DNA from: Selaginella moellendorffii
Taxonomy: Eukaryota; Plantae; Lycopodiophyta
Reading direction: 5' to 3'
DNA: 64,000 nt
NCBI RefSeq assembly: GCF_000143415.4
Contig: NW_003314263.1
Location: forward strand, 3,947,018-4,011,017
Positions 23,340-35,118 of this stretch are shown piece after piece. Position 1 is the stretch's first letter. The number at the start of each line of letters is the position of its first letter. A program made the translations under genes and the position numbers. The notes below the pieces were generated by a model, which did not search any database, was not told the origin of the DNA, and saw nothing but the letters and a program-made list of their open reading frames with translations.

Positions 23340-25465
23340 ATGGAGGAAGAATCCATCATCCACGCTCTCCTCGCGACGATCGATCATATTTCCGAGGTAG
23401 CCATGGCGGCACAGGTAAACAAGGGCCAGATCTTCGTCCTCCTCACGGCTTGCGGCTACGTGCGCCTCCACATTGATCTCTGGAGCGCGCGCTGCTCGCC
23501 GGCCACCATCGCCAGGCAGCAATCGTGCTTCCAGCAGCTCGATCAGGCGCTCCTCGCGGTGCTGCGCGTGGCATCCAAGTATTCCGGGCCGGATTGGATC
23601 GAGAAGCCATGGCTGTACGTGGCTCGCGAGAATGCGGTGGTTTTCGAGGCGCTGCTCGACGATCTGGCGATCCATGTGGACCTCGTCATGGCGGCATTGC
23701 TCCAGGACAGGGATTGTTCTTCCGGGACCAAGGATTGGATTGGGGTGTTGAGAAGGACGAGCTGGGAGAATTCCAAGGCGCTGAGGTGTGGGCTGAGGAT
23801 CAGTGCTAGCGAGGACAAGACCAAACTGCTAGAGATTTTGGGAAGTGCTCGGGGTGGCTCCTCAGTGGCCACCAACATGCTGCGATCGTCGGGCTCGCCA
23901 TCGGCGGCAAGTAGAATGGATTGGATTGATCCATCAGAGCTCGAGCTTGACGATAGGAAGCCTCTGGGACAAGGCTCGTTTGGATTAGTGTTCCAGACAA
24001 CTTGGGCTGGTCACACAGTGGCAGTGAAGAAGTTTCCAAAGGAGCTATGGTCGCAAGATCCGTGGGAGGTATGCCAATCTTTCCATTCTTTGACTTATAG
24101 CTGGTGATGGTTTTTTGTTCCCTTGTTTCTTTTCAGGGAGAGATCATGGTGAAGCTCAGGCCGTGCCATCCATCGGTGCTCCAAATCCTCGGCTGGTCGG
24201 AGAAAGATAACAAAGCTTATCTCGTCATGGAGCTCATGCAAGGAAGCCTCGCTCGGCTCATTCCAAGCCTCGTCACTGCTCCAATCATCCTGATCGTGGA
24301 GATCATGCTCCAGATCGCACAGGGAATGGATTTCGTGCACAAGAAGAAGATAATTCACAGGGATCTCAAGCCGGGGAACGTCCTCGTAAACTTTGACGGC
24401 AAGTTTGAGGATGGATCGGCTCACAACATCGTCGCAAAGGTGGCGGATTTTGGGCTCTCCAAGATGAACTTTTCAAGCAACCATTATCACAGCCACTTGA
24501 AAGGAACGGTTCTCTACATGGCTCCAGAGATGCTCGAGGGGGACTGGGAGATGAAGAGCCAGTACGATTTAAGCGTCGACGTTTACAGCTACGGGATGAT
24601 GTTTGCCGAGATCCTCACCGGGACGCCGCCATATCCTCTCGGCCTTACCAAGAAGGCTTTGCTCGATGAGATTCGGCGTGGCTTGAGACCCAGGCTTCCG
24701 CAACGCTGCCCTCAAGCTCTCAAGGACACCATCGCCTACTGCTGGGATTCACAGCCTCGTCGGCGGCCAACTTTCGAGCATATATGCACGCGGCTGTGGA
24801 GGCTCAAGGGACAGCTTCTCACCGGGGGTGTCTACTGCATGCCGGACGCGAGGATCATTGTCAAGGGAAAGCTTCTCGTCGGGGAAAAACTCACGGGACA
24901 GGGGAGCTTTGTGACTGACACCGAGTGGTCGATTTGCTACTGGGTTCGTCACCAGAGCAATGGCAAGACAGTGCGGCTGTTGCCAGCGATGGAGATAAGC
25001 TCTCGAGACAAATCTCCAGAGTACGTGATCACGGGTTGCGACTACGACTCCAGCATCGAGCTGGTTTGCATCAGCGTGGACAGCAAAGAGCACAGCACCA
25101 CCACGACTTGCAGGGCGTTTGCTGGCTACGGTGGATCTGTCGACTGTGACGATTTCTACAAGCAGCCGAGTACACACTTCGCGGTGAAAGTTTTCGAAGA
25201 TGATGAGAAGTCCTGGAAGGGAAAGTTAGTGATCACAAAGACCGGATTGAAGCTGAGCAACCGCAGGATGTGCAGTTCTACCATCTGGGAGCCCTACAAT
25301 GGAGGTTTTTCCGTGGAAGTGGCACCACTGGAGAGCAGCCTGGCGCAGTGTGTAGTGAAAGGCGAGGGTGGCACATATCGTCTACAGTTTGATAAGTGGG
25401 AGTTGCGAGACCTGGCGATCATCACTATCAAGAGCAGCATCTATGGTGGCAAGACGAATAAATAG
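23340..25465 (+). CDS. TKL-type protein kinase with an N-terminal helical domain and a C-terminal Ig-like/PH-like extension; one intron (24069-24136)
   Basis: GQGSFG, VAVKK, HRDLKPGN, DFG and APE motifs all present; GT...AG intron joins the two ORFs in frame. Confidence 0.85.
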
Positions 25466-25886
25466 CGATGAAAGCGAAAGTTTATCACAGTTTGGTTAGA
25501 GATGAGGAGCAGGATATCTGGCGGCTCACCCAAACCTTGAAAGAAAAAATCTTGTAAGAACTTGGCAGCAAGAGAAATCTCAGGTAAAGGAGGGGCAAGG
25601 AATTTTTCTGTCTAGATTTCATCTTTTTGAGCAGATTTAAATCAAATCTTGCACAGCCTTTTTTTTTTTTTTTGAGAGAGAGTTGTAGCTCAATTGTTTT
25701 CTTGTTATCCAGCAATCAGTCCAGAATCGAGGTTTGTGCTCACGCCGAAGAGCGAACCAACTGTGCAGCTCAATTGGAACTCCTTTGCGAGACGATTGAG
25801 CTTCCACGGCCCATTCTAACACCATCCGTGAAAACGAATCCCTTTTTGCTGCCTAGTTGGTTTTCGAAGACTATGAACCCTTATAG

Positions 25887-26022
25887 TCCCTGCAACGATT
25901 CCAGACGTGGGCAGGGAATGTGCTTGGTGGAGTCGAGGCCTGACTTTCATTTGCTCGTCTCCTACTTGGCATTTCTTGAGACTAAGTACATTCCCTGTCC
26001 ACGTCTGGAATCGTTGCAGGGA
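25887..26022 (+). ncRNA. Pre-miRNA-like long hairpin
   Basis: 42-bp arms (25887-25928 and 25981-26022); all three mismatches are G:U wobbles on the + strand. Confidence 0.55.
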
Positions 26023-26476
26023 GCCTCTGTGAGTGGATCATGACTCTCAGAGCTTGTCCTCTTGCTCTTGCTCCAATGAAATGCCCTCCGTCTATCCCCT
26101 CGACATGACCCAGCTCTCGTAAGAATCAAGCTCCTTTTTCTTCCTTCTTCGCAAGAAATTTCTCTTCGTTTTGTGCTGTGGCAGGAAGATGACTGGAGTA
26201 GAGTACGTGCTGCTCGAAGCCAGGAGCCCAATCTCTTTGTCCTCCACAAGTAAAAGACTATATCCTCGACGGCCATATCTATCAATTACCGCTGCTCTAC
26301 AGTGTTGTTTGCAGCAGATGGTTAAATCACGAGGCCTTTCTTGTGCTGCTTCTGATGATCCGCCAGCTGTGCATCACATCTCCACTGCCTTCTGCCAAGT
26401 CTCAGCAAAGCTCGAGAAGTCTTTTGTTCCTGTCCCTGACGATGCTCTGATGTAGACCATGAGAATGAGCTGTGCA

Positions 26477-27049
26477 ATGAAGATCTTCATTCCCCTCGTT
26501 CTAACACTGGTTTTTGCAATTGCTCCTGCACAATCGAGCCTCCCAAATGCGGGAGAATTGGATCTATCAAAGTGCACCGAGGTGATCCGGTTCTACTTGC
26601 AAGACCAGTTCAATGGGAGCAATCCGACAACAGCAATTGTCCTGCCTCCTCGTAACAACGAAACGTTGTTTGGTCAGGTTGCCATTTTTTATGACAAGCT
26701 GACTACGGAGTCCTCGATCAACTCCAAGCTTGTGGGAAGAGCCAAGGGTTTTCTGGTGATAGATTCGCTGGGCAAAAGCAGCTTTCTCCAGATCATGATG
26801 GAGCTGGAAGGGCGGAAAGGTACAATAGTGCTCCATGGTCAGAACCCCTTCACTGAGTCCCAAAGGGAAATAGCCGTTGTTGGGGGCACAGGAGAGTTCA
26901 GAAACGTTCAGGGCTACGCATTAACGAGCACAACTGGAGCTGAACCTGGTGGGCTTATTGCAATCTACGAAGTTCATCTGGTGAGGCTCTGGAAATGCAT
27001 CTGGAAATGCTTCAACATGAAACTCATATTTTACTATTTCATTTTGTAA
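26477..27049 (+). CDS. Dirigent protein
   Basis: Signal peptide, FYLQD, FGQVAIFYDKLT, VGRAKG and REIAVVGGTGEFRNVQGYA. Confidence 0.9.
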   Translation: MKIFIPLVLTLVFAIAPAQSSLPNAGELDLSKCTEVIRFYLQDQFNGSNPTTAIVLPPRNNETLFGQVAIFYDKLTTESSINSKLVGRAKGFLVIDSLGKSSFLQIMMELEGRKGTIVLHGQNPFTESQREIAVVGGTGEFRNVQGYALTSTTGAEPGGLIAIYEVHLVRLWKCIWKCFNMKLIFYYFIL

Positions 27050-27237
27050 ACTCAGAACCCTAGACCATTAAAAAATGAATATGCTTTATTTAATTATACA
27101 TCTTAACCTATTACCCACACTCTCAGTCACTCAAAATTTCTGAGACCTGATCCGCGCAATTAAAATCACTCGGCGAGTGCACCAGGAGGGCCACTACCGC
27201 TAATCTGTTCATAACATGACTTAATTCATTAGAAACT

Positions 27238-28084
27238 ACCTGAAGATCCTTGGTTGCCGGTTCTACTAGATCCCTGATTTGTTCGTTGTAAATCTGCATT
27301 GATATTGCACTTCCTGCCGGCTGGAGGTGCGTTGTTTCTGTGGAAGTACGTCAATTTTAATTGCTACAAGTAGTTATGGTCGACAGTCTTTACTTGTTCA
27401 ATCCGCAGGAAGAGCGCCTTGAAGAATCTGGGTGCAATCCCAGCCTCATCACTCAGGGAACCTGATTTAGGAATGCTTCCCCACATTGTGTAAGTTTTCC
27501 CGCTTCCCGTCTGCAAGAGATGAAAATGCTCATATTTTATGATCCAGGTTGCGAGTCTGAAATACCTGACCGAAGGCGAACATAGAGCAATTAAAGCCAT
27601 CCAGACAGTGCGCCACCATAGGCGAGCCTACCACGAAAACATGTTGCTATAGAGCCATGGTTCATACAATTCGCTAAATGTGCTTGCTTGCCTGTGTTGA
27701 GTTTTCCCCAGCAACTCCATCGCACGTGAATTGCTGATGCTCCAGCGTAACAGAATTTGAGGATACTACAAACAAGCTTCTGGCTGCTGCTTCTTCCTGC
27801 TCTTTGCTGATCAATGGCCTTACTCTCAGGACAACCTAAAGAAAAAAGATAGAATAACATCAACAGAAAAACAGAGAACACAACCTTACCTTCACTCCTG
27901 TGTCTGTCTCAAGCGGCAGACGGTCCCAATCGAGCTTGCACCTGAGATGACGATCTTGACCTTCCTGCACCTCATTCAACCTACATTTTGCCAAAGGCAC
28001 CCGCATAGGGCTGCAACACTTGCTGCTACTGCACCTGGACAAGGAAGAAGAAGAGGAACAAGAAAAAGAAGCCGAGGGAGGCAT
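27238..28084 (-). pseudogene. Truncated kinesin motor-domain gene (kinesin-12-like), introns retained
   Basis: [34 protein letters not shown] (P-loop) and IYNEQIRDL; no further motor exons before the dirigent gene. Confidence 0.75.
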
Positions 28085-28463
28085 ATTTTCATCATTCTGT
28101 TGCCTCCAGTTCTTGAGCCTGTGCTCTCATCCCGCTCGCTTCGATCAAAGCTCCAGTGAAATCCTCCTGCTGCTGCGTTGGAAGCAATCTTGGAGCCGAA
28201 GCTTGACATGTTCTAGGTATATTCTTCCGTTGGGAATGGTCCTCCCCATGGTGCCTTATTCCACCATGTATATAGTATATTCCGCCGTGGTAGAATATGC
28301 TATTGTGGTGGTGACGTGCATATTCTACCATATACCTTGCCCGATTGATGTTCGAACGTGAACTTATAAAACACCAAGTTGCCGAGGCGCCGGAAAACCA
28401 GTTCTGTTCTTCAAATACATAAATCGAGTTCTAGTGCTGCAGTAGTGGACACACAGCTCTGCA

Positions 28464-29000
28464 ATGAAGATCTTCATTTCACTCGTTCTAGCTCTGGTTT
28501 TTGCAATCGCTCCTGCAGAATCGAGCTTCCCAAAGCCGGGAAGATTGGATCTATCAAAGTGCACCGAGGTGATCCGGTTCTACTTGCACGACCAGTTCAC
28601 CGGGAGCAATCCGACGTCAGCAGTTGTCCTGCCTCCTCTCAACAACAAAACATTGTTTGGTCAGGTTGGGATCCTAGATGACAAGCTGACTAAAGAGTCC
28701 CCGATCAACTCCAAGCTTGTGGGAAGAGCCAAGGGTTTTCTGGTGTTAGATTCACTGAGCAGCAGCAGCTTTCTCCAGAGCATGACGGTGGAGCTGGAAG
28801 GGCGGAAAGGTACAATAGTGTTCCATGGTCAGAACCCGTTCACTGAGCCTCAAAGGGAAATCGCTATTGTTGGGGGCACAGGAGAGTTCAGGAACGTTCA
28901 GGGCTACGCATTAACAAGCACAATTGGATCTGAACCTGGTGGGAACATTGCAGTCTACGAAGCTCATCTGCTGAGGCTCTGGGAATGCTTCAAGCCATGA
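28464..29000 (+). CDS. Dirigent protein (paralog of 26477-27049)
   Basis: FYLHD, FGQVGILDDKLT, VGRAKG and REIAIVGGTGEFR; highly similar to the first copy. Confidence 0.9.
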   Translation: MKIFISLVLALVFAIAPAESSFPKPGRLDLSKCTEVIRFYLHDQFTGSNPTSAVVLPPLNNKTLFGQVGILDDKLTKESPINSKLVGRAKGFLVLDSLSSSSFLQSMTVELEGRKGTIVFHGQNPFTEPQREIAIVGGTGEFRNVQGYALTSTIGSEPGGNIAVYEAHLLRLWECFKP

Positions 29001-29994
29001 AACTCATATTCTACTCTTAATATATAGGTACCACGTTTTCTATAAAATGTGATAATCTATATAATAAAACGCTCCGGGCCGTCCAAAATAAGTGAAATCT
29101 TTGCCAAACCATGTCACGATTCTGTGCATGGTTCCCGCCGTCGATCTGTACTCCTATGGACGGCTGAGATCTGGCGGATCTCATCTGGAAGATCCCACGG
29201 CTGTGAACATGCGGGACTCCCAGTTGAGAAGGGCGAGTTTTGACTGCCGCTTTTTCCTCTTCTGTGTGGGCGCGCAGCCAAGCGCAGGAGACTCTGGCAA
29301 CCTGAATGCGCTGATCGGTTGGGAGCAAGCGCGGGACGGTAGGCTGCTGCAGCTGGATGCGCTGGGATTCTGCCCGCTGCTTCCTCTCAAGTGGGACGTT
29401 AAAGGCCTGTTCTGTGGCCGGGTGATCTTGACGAGGGGGCTGCTGCGAAAGCTCTCTCCTGTGAGCTGAATAGTCGTGCTCCTCTTGGGACAATATGCGC
29501 TGTCTTCAGCAGCTTTGCTGATGAGAGAAGCCAGGCCTCACGGCATAGCGCTCTATAGAGAATGAGAACACTCCCAGAACAATCCCCTGGGATGGATCTC
29601 ACACAGGATGGGAAAGAAAACTAAGAAAGCCCTAAACTGAAGGAATGCGACTCAGATCACGGCCCCCCAGATGCTCCTCCAGCGCTGGCAGAGTCCAAGA
29701 TCGTGCGCCTGTCAGACTGCGACCATCTCTTCCACACGCATTGCATCTTCTCCCCGAGTGAGTGCTCTTTTCCCTGTTCTGAATTGTTTGTTTGTTTGTT
29801 TGTTTTCGTGTCAGGTGACGGATATGTCTGAGCAGGGAGCTGTTCACCTTGGAAAACAGAGGTCAGGCTTATGAGAAAAAAGGAAATTTACTTCTGACAT
29901 TGTAGCGATTCGCCATACAATTTTTGCTTCTGGCCTTGATATCGATTTGGTTGCTTTGTTGTGCACCTCCATCATGGTCTCCAAGAGCGTTACT

Positions 29995-30138
29995 GTAAAG
30001 GAACATGTGCGTTGCAGGGACCTGTGGTCGCCTGAGGAAGATCAGAAGCTATCAAGAACCATGGACTTGGCCGATTTTTATATTGGGAACCATTGGCGTC
30101 GTGGTTGCCACAAGTCAAGCTCTGGGCTGCCGCTCTGA
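29995..30138 (+). pseudogene. R2R3-MYB N-terminal fragment
   Basis: KEHVRCRDLWSPEEDQKL resembles K-x-V-R-KGLWSPEEDEKL, then degenerates. Confidence 0.45.
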
Positions 30139-30589
30139 CGCAACAAGCTGCTCGCTTTTGCGCTCCCACATTATTCTCGCTAGCTCCTGCCAAGAGGATT
30201 TGGCTGAATCCGAGTTTAGTGTGTTCTTGGGTCTTTTTCGCTTGCACGACGGTGGATTATAGCTCCCTGACGCAACATGTCGCCATGTTCTCCAAACCGC
30301 TGAAAACTCCCTCTTAGCTTCGCAAATTCCACTCAATCGGATTCAGCCATAGCCAATGCAGCTATGCACAATATTGGTGGCTGAAGTGCTAAACAATAAA
30401 GCTTAAATGCACCTTTGAAGAGAAACTTGTGAGCTGTGACGTGGAGCCAGAAATTAAACACTCTACTCATGGGCACAAAAATCGCCTTGCTCGCTCTGCC
30501 AAAACTCGTTGTTCTGATCTATAAGCTGCTGCTATACCAAGCTGATGAAGAAAAGAAGAGCCCTGCTGCGATCGATGAGGATGAAGGAT

Positions 30590-30748
30590 GATCCTTTTGA
30601 AGGCCCGCTAATGAAGATTCAAATAACCGCGTTTCGCTGTGGAGGCATAGCTATGTCTGTCCATTTGCTCCACCTTGCAGTCGACGGTCATAGCCTAGTG
30701 AATTTTCTGAATTCAGTTCACTGCACAAATTTAAGAGATACTTGTTGA
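30590..30748 (+). pseudogene. BAHD acyltransferase fragment
   Basis: PLMKIQITAFRCGGIAMSVHLLHLAVDGHS contains the HxxxDG motif; the rest of the gene is not apparent. Confidence 0.6.
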
Positions 30749-33023
30749 ACTAACCTGAAACCTTGTTGAACACATTGTGAGACTTTTCTTCTGCTTCTCT
30801 CTCAGGAGAGCTCCCTAAATTATGAGCACCATTCGCCTAATCCGGCATCTGTGATCGAGGCCATAATCAGCCGGCATGATTTGATGGAATATTATATGCG
30901 CAGAAGGAGCGCCCACATTCATAGCAACGGGCCTTGAAGTTTAGTCTTTCAGCAGAGAGTGGCAGCATGCAGTTCCTTCCCAGTGGACACTAGCCTTGAG
31001 GGTAAGCTCTCCTTCTATTGCCTGCATTGTGTTCATGCTAGAAATGTACAAAGAGGCTTCAAGTCAATTCAAGGCTCAATAGCTAACTGCATATCTTTTA
31101 GCATGAAAACTGTAAGAGAGTGATCCCACCGGCCGCGTCGATCTCAAGGTAGTCCAGATACTGGTAATGTTCTTCGCAACGTGAGCCTTTTGTCTCTTTT
31201 TCCTGTTCATGTCTTGATCTTGTTCTTTCCAGATCAGCTTACCTGCTGATTAGCTCAACATGATCTGGACCATTAAAAAAGCATGAAATTTGCAATCCTC
31301 TTTGTCAAGGGGTTAGAGTGTGCTTGCATCCAAGATAAAGTCAAGATCATGGGTTTCTTTTTGTTTTAGACTAAATGTGATTAATTAGTGGGGGATTAAT
31401 AATAATCCTAAAGTTGTCCATCGTGAGGGGTGGAAACTTTGGCATCAATTGTGAAAGACAAAATACAAAAAAGGGCTCAGTGAAAAACAAAAAGCAAGTG
31501 GTGGTGTCATGGAGAGTAGTGACGACAATATCGACAAAGCCGGTGCCAAGGAGGACAAATCTCCAGACAGTCATGGTGATAAATAGCATTGGAGCATAAG
31601 GAGGCTCAAGTCCCTAAGCAACAGTGGTTTCTTTGTGCTCGCTTGTCTTGGTGTTCATGGAGTTCCCTCCACACTCCTCCTCCCTAGTTTAGATGAAGAA
31701 GTTTGTGAAAGAACTTTCTTATATTTAAGATTGATGATGTTTTTCAGCTTAAAATGGCCTTGGAGTAGCTTTTAAAGGTGTTATAGTAGTTGCAAGTTCA
31801 CTCAAAACATATGATATTTATATTTATAGAAATTTTCTTTAAGGCTTTCCATAGTGCATTTTGGTGTAGCCCCCTAGCATCAATATTTCTCTTCTCCCAC
31901 ATTGTCACCTCTCTAGTCCCTAAAGCATAAGTAAGTTTGTATGTAAATTTAGATTGAATTAACTTTCATAACAAGGAAACTCATTCATTAGTGCTAAGTC
32001 ATATGCATTAGTGGGAGTTTATATTCATAAAAAAAAAACCATCAACTCCACTAACTCCAATTTTTACTTTGCATTGCAATATAGATGTAGTAAAGCCCAT
32101 TTAATAAATAAATAGGAAATGTAATTGCATTTTGTTTTCACAGTTTTAAAGAACTATCTCTATATAGGATTATCCCATAATATATAAAGGAGTATATTTT
32201 TAGGGTTTGTCATAGTGGAGAGTAGAGAATTCTTTTGTGGTCAATCACAATTTTCCCACATTTTTGTGTGTTAAATAAGGAAAGGTCTTTTAAACATGTC
32301 TAATTTGTAGATCTAGAGAGAAAAGGGAGAGAAAATGAAGATTTCCCTCTTTTCTTTTATTATGAAGGAGATTCATTGACTATGTCATGTTTGGAGTCAC
32401 ATTCTTGGAAATAAAAGAGGAATTTAAGAGTGGTTTTACTTGCATTGTCTTCCTTAGGTTTAAGGCTTTCTTAGAATTCTAAGAGCACTTCATTTGAAGC
32501 AAGGAATTGGGAGATTTGGTCATTTTTTTATGTTGCAATTTTGTGTTTAATATTGTCAAATTTGGGCATTTAGAACTCACAATTTGTCTAACATTTTTAG
32601 TGTTATAAATTGGATCTAGAGTGGCATGTCTTAAGCTTTCCTAGGATATATTTCTTGTTAGAATCAAAGGTTATTTGAGCTGCCAAGTAGGGTTTTAGTT
32701 TTAGGGTTCTTAGTGAAGCATTGTTTTAGATTTTGGATCTTAGTTTTTTATTTGGCTCAAAATATTAAAGCACAATCTAACGTCTCAAACAAAGAGTTTT
32801 ATTACATCTTTTGTCACCCAAATCTTTTGCCACTTGATGATTCAATACTAGAGCATATGATTCTTGAGGAGTTAAAACTAGAACAAATGCAAAAGATGCT
32901 TCCCTAGCTTGGTATGGTGATCAATCCATATAGTGCCACAATTTTGACTAAAAAGATGCCCGAGTTCATATCAACTAAATAAAAAAGATCCTCCAAATGC
33001 TCAATATTACAAATCCTTTGTTA

Positions 33024-33382
33024 TGTTAGGAATCCCCCAATTCTTGCCACATTCTTAACTCTCGCCGGATTCCTGACCTACAAACCACATTTCTGACTTT
33101 CGAGACACTTCCCTATTTTTGACTCTCTGATTTCCCGTATGATTCTTGATTCCCAAACCACATTCCTAATGATGATATGGCATCTCCTTGACCTCAGTTA
33201 TATTTAGGCTGTCCTCAATCCAAGAGTGGTGGAGCTTCATCAACCTATAATATATATAAGTTAGCTTTGTTCCATTTCTCCACAATTTGAATCAATGCTA
33301 GTCTAAGGCCTTCTTCATCTCCACTAGTTTTTCTCTTTGTTTTCTACATTTTCCAGTCTTGATCTTGTTAGGGATCTTGACA
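33024..33382 (+). repeat. 5' LTR of the chromovirus
   Basis: Direct repeat of 56983-57343, more than 10% diverged by eye, mostly transitions; TATA near 33246-33259. Confidence 0.9.
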
Positions 33383-33566
33383 ATTTGATTCAAATTGTGC
33401 TTTTTACTTTTGCTTTAGCTCATTTTAATTGTTTAATTGCCTTTGCCTTTTTCCCCCTTTTCTTTCTTTTTTGCCGATGGAGTCTCCAAGCCATCCTGAT
33501 TCTTTCGTCGAAGTCCTTGCAAAAATCTAATATGAGAATATCAAGCTGAAGGCAGCCCTTCTTCAT

Positions 33567-34650
33567 ATGCAACAGGAGCTTGCTTCACTTTCAGCTCAAG
33601 GATCAAGTAGAGTTCTTGAATCGAAGGTGAGTTTCCTAGTGAAGTTCTCAGGCAAGCGTTCGGAGCTTCACGGATTCCTGAACCAGATGGAGCTGATCTT
33701 CGCACTTCAACATCGGCAGTACCCTACTCCCGAGTCTCAAATCAACGCGATTGGGATGTTGCTCGAAGGTGTAGATTTTTCATGGTTTTCTCCTCTTCTG
33801 GAGAAGAGCATGAAAGGGGTTGTGGTTTTAGAGCTGATGGATCTTCAGTTGTTCAAAGAGAAGCTTGAAACATGTTTTGGCGAGACAGATTGGGTTCGGG
33901 TTGCCACTACAAAGATGAGACGTCTCTCTCAAGGGTCTCGTCCTACCTTGATCTATGCTACGGCGTTCCAACTCTTTGCCTTGGACACTCAGTGGGATGA
34001 GTGGGCCCTAATTGATCAATTTTGTTTCGGCCTCAACAATAGTGTCAAGGATTTGTTGCTCACCATGGAGGATCCCACGGACGTATCGGACGCCATCAAG
34101 AAAGCTGTTTGATGTGACAATTGTCTCTTTGAACATCATCAGGAAAGTCGCCGTGCCGCCGTTTTCTCATCCTAGACTCAGGAACCCAACTTGAGTCTTC
34201 GGGGCATACTCCTGAACCTATTGCTCTGGTCCCAATGGATATTTCTAGTACTCCCTAACTCATCAAAGGGAAGCTAAGTCCTGCTGAGAAGCAACGTCAA
34301 GTATCTCAGAATCTTTGCCTCTACTATGCTGATCCTAATCACAAAGTAGCTGTCTGTCCCAAGAAGCCTCCCTGATTGCTCAAGTTCACTCTACCTCAAG
34401 ATCCACCTCTATTGCAGTTGGGAAACAACCCTGTCCAAATAGAGTAGGAGCTGTTTGTTTGGACTCCCCAAATAAAAATCCCTTTTCTTCTTTATCAAGC
34501 TCCTCACCACCTTTCATCAAAGCCACCACCAATTCCCGCAACTTCCGCATCCCATGTCTCCTTTCCTTCACTAGACAATTAGGACTCAAGGCTTTGGCAC
34601 TACTAGACTCAAGCATAACTTCCTGCTTCATGGACACGGAATTTGTTGCC
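33567..34650 (+). pseudogene. Chromovirus gag and aspartic protease remnants
   Basis: KFSGKRSELHGFLNQ, LSQGSRP and ALIDQFCFGL (retrotransposon gag); decayed zinc knuckle CLYYADPNHKVAVC; protease ALLDSS; stops and frameshifts. Confidence 0.8.
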
Positions 34651-35118
34651 TGACATCACGTTCCTCTTTCTCATACCATATGGGATCTGAGGGTTGAAAA
34701 CATTGGCAGACATTTTGTGTTTCCATCTTCTGGACTTAGGGAAACGTTGTCCGTTCGAGTACACATTGAGTCCACCATCACCGATATTACCTTCAACATC
34801 ATCAACAACAAGTCCTCCTCTGTGATACTTGGCCTTCCTTGGTTCCAACTGCACTAGCCTCAAATCTGTTGGAAGGAATTACAGCTTGTCTTTCCCACGT
34901 CACTATTTCTCACGTCTTCCCCTGTTGTTTATCAAGTCCGAATCAGGAAAAATTCCCTAAATTCAAATCAGGGTTCTATTCCTGACTCTACGAAGTTTTC
35001 ACCCTCTTTGCTCCCTATCCCTCAATCTTCTTTTCCCTCTCTTCCATCTTACACTAGACAGTATCCTTGACCCATCATTCCATTCAGTCGTACGCTTGCT
35101 CCTATTTCCACAATCACT

